Origin: an uncultured bacterium
GTDB lineage: Bacteria > Patescibacteriota > Dojkabacteria > J137
DNA length: 64,000 nucleotides
Assembly: GCA_963700155.1 (NCBI GenBank)
Contig: OY969472.1
Coordinates: 808,690-872,689, forward strand
Direction: 5' to 3'
The notes under the pieces: generated by a model
What the model saw: the letters and a program-made list of their open reading frames with translations, nothing else
What the model was told of the DNA's origin: nothing
Databases searched by the model: none
Position numbers and translations under genes: made by a program
Shown here: piece after piece, positions 57,194 through 64,000 of the stretch
How the letters are laid out: each line of letters begins with the position of its first letter
Numbering within the stretch: the stretch's first letter is position 1

Positions 57194-58417
57194 GTGATAT
57201 TTTTTGTCAAGAAAAATAATGAATTCCTTTATGGTAAAATACTTTCAGCTATGAAAACAAGAAAAGATATTAAAACAAAACATGGAGATATTCAACTTCC
57301 GGCATTTATGCCTGATGCGACTTATGGCTCAATAAAAGCTATAAGTTTCGAGGATGCTAAAAAAGCTGGAGTTCAAGAGATTGTTACTACTACTCTTCAT
57401 ATAGAACAAAAGATTGGTAGTCAATATATAAAAGATTTTGGAGGAATTCATAAATTCTTTAGCTGGGATAGACCTATTCTTACTGATAGTGGTGGATGGC
57501 AGGTTTTTTCTTTGATAAACTCTAAAAATTCTAGTAGTAGTAAGAAAAAACCTGCCAACAAATCCAACCATTCTAAAAATAAAATTTCGGAATTAGGCTG
57601 CAGTTTTGTAGATCCAAATACAGGAAACCAATCTCTTTTAACGCCTGAATCATCTCAAGTTATTCAATATAATTTGGGAGCTGATATTGTTACAGCTTTA
57701 GATGATCCAATTTTAGGAGATGCAAGTTATAAAGAACGGAAAGAATGTGTAAAAATTAATACTAAATGGGCAAAGAGGTCTAAACAGAAATTTCTAGAAC
57801 TGAGGACTAAAAAGGAATTAGAAGCTGATGATAGAACTTTAATAGGATGTGTGATTCAAGGTGGAAATGACTATGAACTTAGAAAACAAAGTGCTGCAGA
57901 ATTAATAGACCTAGATTATGATATTTATAATTTCGGAGGTTTACCTTTGCATACTCCAGAAACATGGAAAACAGAAAATCCTGAAGGATTTTTTCATGAG
58001 ATGCTTCAATACGTTTCAGAATTAATACCAGAAACCAAACTAAAATATGCTATGGGTGTTGGTCAGCCAGAAGATATAGCGTACTGTGTAGATATAGGCT
58101 GGGATCTTTTTGATACTGTACTTCCTACTAGAAATGCTAGGCACGGCTTACTTTATGTTTCTGAAAATCAAGGTGAACTAACTAAAGGTTACAAAAACTT
58201 AAAGTATGATGTAATTCACTTAAAAAGTGAAAAATACAAGTTAGATGAAAAACCTTTGGATGAAAACTGCTCCTGCGAAGCATGTCGGACTGTAAGCCGT
58301 GCCTATCTAAGACATTTATTAAGAATTCAAGAACCTTCAGGTTTAAGATTAGCAACAATTCATAATCTTCAATTTTATTCAGAGTGGATGAAAAAAATTA
58401 GGAACAATACAAAATAG
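57194..58417 (+). CDS. tgt: queuine tRNA-ribosyltransferase (tRNA-guanine transglycosylase)
   Basis: LPAFMPDATYGS, TDSGGWQVFSL (DSGGFQ), zinc site CSCEACRTV…H. Contains a Ser/Lys-rich insert. Confidence 0.75.
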   Translation: MIFFVKKNNEFLYGKILSAMKTRKDIKTKHGDIQLPAFMPDATYGSIKAISFEDAKKAGVQEIVTTTLHIEQKIGSQYIKDFGGIHKFFSWDRPILTDSGGWQVFSLINSKNSSSSKKKPANKSNHSKNKISELGCSFVDPNTGNQSLLTPESSQVIQYNLGADIVTALDDPILGDASYKERKECVKINTKWAKRSKQKFLELRTKKELEADDRTLIGCVIQGGNDYELRKQSAAELIDLDYDIYNFGGLPLHTPETWKTENPEGFFHEMLQYVSELIPETKLKYAMGVGQPEDIAYCVDIGWDLFDTVLPTRNARHGLLYVSENQGELTKGYKNLKYDVIHLKSEKYKLDEKPLDENCSCEACRTVSRAYLRHLLRIQEPSGLRLATIHNLQFYSEWMKKIRNNTK

Positions 58418-58503
58418 TTTCTATTATAGATTTGCAAATTTGCTTTTAAATTTTATTACCATTAATATATTATCGCAGGATATTAAATTTTAATTTTGTT
58501 TGT

Positions 58504-60060
58504 TTGGCTGAGGAAATTAATAGACCAAAACCAGTAGTTTTAGCAGTTATGGATGGTGTAGGTGTTGCTCCCCCTAGCGATGGAAATGCAGTGACACTTT
58601 CCGATACTGAAAATTTAGATAGATTATGGCCTTTATATCCACATACGTATTTAGAAGCTTCTGGACTCAATGTAGGTCTTCCACCAGGAACAGATGGAAA
58701 TAGTGAAGTTGGACATATGGCCTTAGGAGCAGGAAAAGTAATTTTTCAAAACTTACCTAGAATTGATAATGCTATAACAAGCGGATCATTCTTCCAAAAT
58801 GAGGTTATTAAAGCTGCTTTTGAACATGCTAAGAAATATAAGAGTAATCTTCATTTAATTGGACTAGTAGGAAGTGGTTTAGTGCATTCATCTCTTCAAC
58901 ACCTCTTTGCATTAATAGAATTTGCAGCTTTAGAAAAAATGCAGTCTGATAAAGTTTTTGTACATGCGTTTACCGATGGAAGAGATTCACCACCTGATAA
59001 AGGAATAGATATTTTAGGACAGATTGAAGCAGTATGTTTGCAAAAACATATTGGAAGGTTAGCTACAATTATTGGAAGAGCTTATGCAATGGATAGAAAC
59101 CGAAATTGGCAAAAGACAAAAATAGCCTATGATTTATTAACTGAATCGAAAGGATTGGTAGTTCAGGATTGGAAAAAAGCTATGCAGGAGTCGTATAAGA
59201 AAAATGTAATGGATGAATATATTGATCCCATAGCCATAACTCTTGAAGATGGTAATCCTGTGAAGATTCGGGAAAATGATGCAGTGATTTTCTATAACTT
59301 TAGACCTGATAGAGCTGTACAACTTACAATGGCTTTTGAAGATGATAACTTTAAAGGTTTTGAAAGGGAAGAAATTAAAAATTTATATTTTGTTGGAATG
59401 ACTGATTATGAAGAAGGCTTTCCTAAAAATAAAGCTTTCCCTCCTGAGAAAGTACTAAATCCAATGGGAAAGGTTTTATCAGATCATAAATTAAAACAAT
59501 TAAGAATAGCTGAATCTGAAAAATTCCCTCATGTTACATACTTTTTTAATGGAGCAAATAAAGAAATTTATCCATTAGAAACTTGGCTTGAAATACCATC
59601 ACCAAAGGATGTTTCAACTTATGATCAGAAACCTGAGATGAGTATGAAGTGGGTTACTGATGTTTTATTAGACAAGATAAATTCTGATGAATATGATTTT
59701 TGCCTTGTGAATTATGCTGGTCCTGATATGGTCGCACACACAGGTAACTTGCAAGCATCAATCAAAGCTATGGAAGTGTGCGACCAATGTATTGGCAGAT
59801 TAGTTGATGCCGTTTTAGCTAAGAATGGTGTTTTGTTTATCACTGCTGACCATGGAAATTGTGAAGAGTTAGTAGATCTTAATACTGGTAATGAGGATAC
59901 AAAACACTCTACTAACCAAGTCCCTTTTATTGTTATCGGAAATGGTTTAGCTGGCAGGGAATTGACTGTTGGAGGATTAACTGATGTTGCCCCAACAATT
60001 TTAAAAATGATGGGTATTGAAACTCCAGCTGAAATGACAGGAAGAGATCTTTTAGCTTAA
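58504..60060 (+). CDS. gpmI: 2,3-bisphosphoglycerate-independent phosphoglycerate mutase
   Basis: TTG start. PVVLAVMDGVGVAPPSDGNAV N-terminus and C-terminal …ITADHGNCEE… metal site typical of iPGM. Confidence 0.8.
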   Translation: MAEEINRPKPVVLAVMDGVGVAPPSDGNAVTLSDTENLDRLWPLYPHTYLEASGLNVGLPPGTDGNSEVGHMALGAGKVIFQNLPRIDNAITSGSFFQNEVIKAAFEHAKKYKSNLHLIGLVGSGLVHSSLQHLFALIEFAALEKMQSDKVFVHAFTDGRDSPPDKGIDILGQIEAVCLQKHIGRLATIIGRAYAMDRNRNWQKTKIAYDLLTESKGLVVQDWKKAMQESYKKNVMDEYIDPIAITLEDGNPVKIRENDAVIFYNFRPDRAVQLTMAFEDDNFKGFEREEIKNLYFVGMTDYEEGFPKNKAFPPEKVLNPMGKVLSDHKLKQLRIAESEKFPHVTYFFNGANKEIYPLETWLEIPSPKDVSTYDQKPEMSMKWVTDVLLDKINSDEYDFCLVNYAGPDMVAHTGNLQASIKAMEVCDQCIGRLVDAVLAKNGVLFITADHGNCEELVDLNTGNEDTKHSTNQVPFIVIGNGLAGRELTVGGLTDVAPTILKMMGIETPAEMTGRDLLA

Positions 60061-60062
60061 TT

Positions 60063-60548
60063 TTAACCTTCTACTTGGCTTCCTCTTATAACATAAGATT
60101 CTTCTATTATTTTCATTAATTCACTTATTTTTATTTCTATTTTGATATCATCATTTATATTTAGTAACTCATTTAATAAAGAATAAAATAATCCAGCAAA
60201 AGAATTAGCTCTATTATTTAACAATTCTTTCATGTTTGCTAATACAGTATCTATATTACCTTCTTCATACAAATCCCTTAAACAAAATTGGATAAATTTC
60301 TTAACTTCGACATCATTTTTTAGGTGTGAGTAAAATTTATAATCAGGTTTACCATTATTAATTTCTCCATTCTTCGGGGCTAATTCTTCTTTCTCATAAG
60401 CTGTATTTTGTAATACTAAATTTAAATTGAATCTTGAAAGACCTTCACTATCAGCACTTGATATTAATTCATTGAAGTTTACTTTTAATGTATTATAATC
60501 CAGACTTCTTATATCGATTTCTGCTGGTATTCGCTTTGTTTTATCCAT
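60063..60548 (-). CDS. hypothetical protein (161 aa)
   Basis: ORF track. Confidence 0.4.
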   Translation of the reverse strand: MDKTKRIPAEIDIRSLDYNTLKVNFNELISSADSEGLSRFNLNLVLQNTAYEKEELAPKNGEINNGKPDYKFYSHLKNDVEVKKFIQFCLRDLYEEGNIDTVLANMKELLNNRANSFAGLFYSLLNELLNINDDIKIEIKISELMKIIEESYVIRGSQVEG

Positions 60549-60565
60549 TTATATATTATTAATAA

Positions 60566-62242
60566 TTATAATTTTCCTTTTTTCTTTTTTTCACTTGCTT
60601 TAACAAATTCTAAAAAGAAAGGATGAGGTGTCATTGGTGTTGATTTGTACTCAGGATGTGCTTGAGTTGCAATAAAAAACGGATGTAATTTCTTTGGAAG
60701 CTCTATCATTTCAACAAAGAAATCATCAGGTGAAACTCCACTAAAAACTAACCCTTTTTCACTCAAAGGTTTTCTAAATTCATTATTAAACTCATATCTA
60801 TGTCTATGTCTTTCTGAGACTACAATATCCCCACTCTTTAAAGATTTCCCATATCCATACTTTTTATAAATATCATAAATTCTTGTACCTTTTTTAACTA
60901 CACAGTCATAAGCTCCAAGTCTCATAGATGTTCCCTTACCTTTAATTGTTTGATATTTTGGATCGAATGGAATTGTATGAATTATTTTATATTTAGTATT
61001 TGGATCAACTTCTTCAGAATTTGCACCTTTTAGATTTGCAACATCTCTTGCAAATTCAACACAAGCTAATTGCATACCAAAACAAAGACCAAGATAAGGA
61101 ATATTATTTTCTCTAGCGTATTTAACAGCAGCAATTTTACCTTCTACTCCCCTGCTTCCCCAACCAATTGGAACTATTATTCCATCAGCTTTATTCAAAT
61201 ATTTTTCTGCTCCGTGTTTCTCAATTTCTTCTGTATTAACAAATATGAAATCTACTCCAATCCCAGTCCCCCAGCTTGCATGTTTTAATGCGTGCAATAA
61301 TGAATTATATGCATCGGGTAAGCTGAAACTTCCTGTTGCAAAATACTTTCCTGCAATAGCAATTTTTACTCTATTATTTCGCTTTGTTGTTACTACATCA
61401 ACGAGATCTTTCCATTTTCCTAATTTTAATGTTCGCACAGGAAGTTTCAGCTGTTTAAGAATCTTCTTATCAAAATCTTGTTTAGCAAATTTCATAGGAA
61501 GTTCATAAATACTTTTTATATTTGCATTCATAATAATGTTGTCCTTTGGAATGTTACATTGAATGGCTACTTTATCTTTTCTTAATGTATCAATTGCTTT
61601 ATTTGATCTAAGAACAAGAAAATCAGGTTGAATACCCGACATATTTAAGAATCTTATTGAAAGTTGAGTAGGTTTAGTTTTTGGTTCACCTAAATGGCTT
61701 GGAACAGGAATATATGTAACATGCACATGCGCTACATTCTCAGGGTCTAACAGTTTCATCATCCTAGCAGCCTCGTAGTTGTAAATATTTTGTAGTTCTC
61801 CTGCTGTTCCTCCTAACTCAACCATACAAATTTCATATCCTTTTGCAGCTTCTTTTATTCTATCAATTATTTCGTTTGGAATTACAGGTATAGCATCTAC
61901 AGTTTTACCATTAAACCCCATTGATCTTTCTTTATCAATAATAGTCCTGTAAACTTGTCCCATTGTTATAAAATTTTTAAAACCAACTTCGAGTCCGAGG
62001 AATCTTTCATATGTACCTAAATCCATATCAGCTTCAAGTCCATCATCACATAAAAAGGGATCACCATGTTCAATTGGGTTAATTGTTCCCGAATCTACAT
62101 TTAAATAAGTCTCACATTTTATAGCTGTTACCTTATAACCATGAGATTGCAGTAATCTACCAAGTGCAGCAGAAGTAACTCCTTTACCGATTCCTGAGAT
62201 AACACCACCTGATATAAAAATATATTTTGTAGGCTTTGCCAT
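60566..62242 (-). CDS. pyrG: CTP synthase
   Basis: MAKPTKYIFISGGVISGIGKGVTSAALGRLL N-terminus and GATase domain …LGLCFGMQLA…. Confidence 0.9.
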   Translation of the reverse strand: MAKPTKYIFISGGVISGIGKGVTSAALGRLLQSHGYKVTAIKCETYLNVDSGTINPIEHGDPFLCDDGLEADMDLGTYERFLGLEVGFKNFITMGQVYRTIIDKERSMGFNGKTVDAIPVIPNEIIDRIKEAAKGYEICMVELGGTAGELQNIYNYEAARMMKLLDPENVAHVHVTYIPVPSHLGEPKTKPTQLSIRFLNMSGIQPDFLVLRSNKAIDTLRKDKVAIQCNIPKDNIIMNANIKSIYELPMKFAKQDFDKKILKQLKLPVRTLKLGKWKDLVDVVTTKRNNRVKIAIAGKYFATGSFSLPDAYNSLLHALKHASWGTGIGVDFIFVNTEEIEKHGAEKYLNKADGIIVPIGWGSRGVEGKIAAVKYARENNIPYLGLCFGMQLACVEFARDVANLKGANSEEVDPNTKYKIIHTIPFDPKYQTIKGKGTSMRLGAYDCVVKKGTRIYDIYKKYGYGKSLKSGDIVVSERHRHRYEFNNEFRKPLSEKGLVFSGVSPDDFFVEMIELPKKLHPFFIATQAHPEYKSTPMTPHPFFLEFVKASEKKKKGKL

Positions 62243-62396
62243 GTTTTAGGGGATAAAATTTAAAAAGAAATAATTTCTTAGGAATAATCTGAATTTACTC
62301 AAATATACTTCAACCATTTATAAATTTGTTAATTTTCGAAGACTCAAACGACCAAATGATAGCAAATTTTTTATGAAAGATATAAAAATTTGTATA

Positions 62397-63155
62397 TTAT
62401 TTTTTTCTTGCTAACCAGAAGCGGTTTCTACCGTTATAATCTATTTTGACTTCAATAAACCAATTATCTGAAAATTCAGAGGCTGTTTTTTTATTATGTA
62501 TATCGTCAACCTCCATAATAATAATTCCCTTCTTTTCCAAATATTTATCGGCACTATTTAGAAGTTTTCTTATCTGTTCTAATCCATCATTCCCACCGTC
62601 CAAAGCACTGATTGGTTCAAACTCTCTAACTGAAATTGGAAGATTTGGAATTCTTGCAGTTGGGATATATGGAAGGTTAGCAAAAATAATATCGAATTTC
62701 TCCTTAGGATAAAATCTGAAAAGATCTGATTTTACAGTCCTTATCGGTAATTTTGTTCCGTAAATTTTACAATATTCTTCTAAATTCTTTTTAGCTACTT
62801 TAAGGGCGCCATCGGAAATATCACTTAGAATACCTTGGTAACTTATATTTCTTTTCTGTAACTCTATTGCAAAACTCAATCCGATGGCGCCCGATCCTGT
62901 CCCTACGTCACAAAATTTCACACTTCTTAATTTTGAATCACAAACAAATTTTAACCCAATTTCAATTAGAAACTCTGTCTCTACTCTTGGGATTAATGTA
63001 TTTTTTGTAAGATAAAACTCGTTTTCAAAGAATTCCCCGATTTTAGTAACATATTCTATAGGAATATTCCTGTCGATTTTTGCAGCTATTTTTACCGGAT
63101 CGAATCCATATTTTATTAATAAATTTGTCTCGTAAGGAGTTAACTTTCTATTCAT
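62397..63155 (-). CDS. prmC: HemK/PrmC-family protein-(glutamine-N5) methyltransferase-like
   Basis: SAM motif DVGTGSGAIGLS and FANLPYIP (NPPY-like catalytic motif, variant N-L-P-Y). Confidence 0.55.
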   Translation of the reverse strand: MNRKLTPYETNLLIKYGFDPVKIAAKIDRNIPIEYVTKIGEFFENEFYLTKNTLIPRVETEFLIEIGLKFVCDSKLRSVKFCDVGTGSGAIGLSFAIELQKRNISYQGILSDISDGALKVAKKNLEEYCKIYGTKLPIRTVKSDLFRFYPKEKFDIIFANLPYIPTARIPNLPISVREFEPISALDGGNDGLEQIRKLLNSADKYLEKKGIIIMEVDDIHNKKTASEFSDNWFIEVKIDYNGRNRFWLARKK

Positions 63156-63167
63156 CTTATGATGTAT

Positions 63168-63644
63168 TTAGTTTCTAAAGAATTGTCTTTGGGGTTTTTT
63201 CTTTTTATCACCTTCATCTTTCATTTCTTTTAGAATATTTACGATTTTTAATTTTCTTCCGTTTCTTTTTACTTCTTCTTGTGCTGATTCCAAAAGTTCA
63301 ATTCGGATCAATTCTTTTAGTAACTCCATCCTTTCTTTTGTCCCTTGTATCTTTTCTGTTAGATTTCTAATATTTTCATTTTCCTTTATTTTTTCTCTTA
63401 ATTCTTTAACTCTTTTCGTTAATTTTTCGAGTTCTTCAGTTTCTTCCATCTGAACTTTTAAATCTTTAAGATCGTTTCTTAAAGTTCTTGTAGCGTCCTT
63501 TAATTTGAAATATTCTTCAACTTTATCAAGATTCTCATCTGTTAAAAGTTTTGCTTTATCTTCTTCATTACTCATAAACATTAAATTAAAAAATATTGTA
63601 CTTTTCAAGAAAATTTTAACTTGGTAGTGATTGATATGATACAA
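63168..63644 (-). CDS. hypothetical coiled-coil protein (158 aa)
   Basis: Lys/Glu-rich heptad-like sequence. Confidence 0.4.
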   Translation of the reverse strand: MYHINHYQVKIFLKSTIFFNLMFMSNEEDKAKLLTDENLDKVEEYFKLKDATRTLRNDLKDLKVQMEETEELEKLTKRVKELREKIKENENIRNLTEKIQGTKERMELLKELIRIELLESAQEEVKRNGRKLKIVNILKEMKDEGDKKKKPQRQFFRN

Positions 63645-63727
63645 GAAAGTCGGATTATAAACAATTTGTATTTTGTATTTTTCTAAGGTAAGCTTTTAAT
63701 GAATTGGATTTATTAATGTAAATATCT

Positions 63728-64000
63728 ATGCTGATTTTAAATCTCAAAACTTTTAATGAAAGTACAGGAGAAAATCTTGAAAATTTAATCGCTGAAATAA
63801 GAGAGTTTTCATCTGAGAGTAACTTATATATTTCTCCTGAAATGATAGAACTGATGAGTATCAAAAAAACTTTCCCAAATTTTCAGATAATATCGCAAAA
63901 TGTTGATCAATCTGTTCAAGGAGAATCCACGGGATGGACCCCAGCAGAAAGTTTGATTGAAAATGGAATTGAGTTTTCTTTATATAATCATAGTGAACAC
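63728..64000 (+). CDS. tpiA: triosephosphate isomerase, N-terminal part (continues past window end)
   Basis: …GESTGWTPAESLIENGIEFSLYNHSEH matches the TIM motif GAFTGE(I/V)SxxML…V(I/L)xGHSERR. ATG at 63728. Confidence 0.55.
   Translation, partial: MLILNLKTFNESTGENLENLIAEIREFSSESNLYISPEMIELMSIKKTFPNFQIISQNVDQSVQGESTGWTPAESLIENGIEFSLYNHSEH

Noticed and set aside
63655-63864. 69-aa ORF on the - strand overlapping the tpiA start region
   Set aside because: It overlaps the N-terminus of a recognisable triosephosphate isomerase gene on the + strand and has no motif, so it is likely spurious.
1-64000. CRISPR arrays, rRNA genes, transposases and integrases
   Set aside because: No regularly spaced direct repeats, no rRNA-like conserved stretches and no DDE or tyrosine-recombinase motif ORFs were found on reading both strands.
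1-64000. Alternative genetic code (UGA=Gly, as in Gracilibacteria/Absconditabacteria)
   Set aside because: Long conserved genes (alaS, nrdJ, pyrG, uvrC) are uninterrupted under the standard code, and several genes terminate cleanly at TGA (for example 11154-56), so code 11 fits.

Overview
This 64 kb window is AT-rich (roughly 30% GC by eye) and gene-dense, and it appears to use the standard genetic code; TGA acts as a stop and ORFs are not fragmented. The gene content is that of a reduced bacterial genome. Housekeeping genes include a compact alanyl-tRNA synthetase, UvrC, an ATP-dependent DNA ligase, an nrdR-nrdJ (class II, B12-dependent RNR) operon, a PduO-type cobalamin adenosyltransferase, MurC-like and MraY-like genes, an AI-2E transporter and two P-type ATPases. 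Further housekeeping genes are an ABC exporter, Hsp20, Tgt, iPGM, CTP synthase, a PrmC-like methyltransferase, UNG, a partial TpiA at the right edge and one tRNA-Ser(GCU). The stretch from 8.0 to 24.7 kb is the striking region. It holds a tight seven-gene co-directional operon (8001..18081, + strand) of large uncharacterised proteins: an 893-aa polytopic membrane protein with a VirB6/ConG/TcpH-like architecture, a 695-aa protein, and a 1307-aa helical protein with a C-terminal glycine-zipper membrane hairpin, plus small partners, none of which carries a Walker A (P-loop) motif or recognisable enzymatic motif. It converges with zero spacing on a four-gene surface/envelope operon (18082..24714, - strand). 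That operon encodes an Ig-like type-I membrane protein and a TM-anchored solute-binding protein, both with cytoplasmic Pro/Gln-rich tails, a Cys-rich protein with a pilin-like C-terminal double TM, and an anchored exoprotein. The region ends at an N-terminally truncated ORF6N-domain remnant. I consider this the best candidate for an undescribed envelope-spanning, secretion-like or host-interaction system. Secondary candidates are a four-gene unknown cluster ending in a dCMP-deaminase-like gene next to a hyper-acidic small protein and UNG (41.4-46.5 kb); a roughly 570-bp GC-rich island gene carrying a GCGAAGC-type GC palindrome (31.5-32.1 kb); a perfect 18-bp inverted repeat with a nested palindrome upstream of an RHH-like ORF (3.7 kb); and palindromic NrdR-box-like operators upstream of nrdR. 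No CRISPR array, rRNA, integrase or transposase was seen.
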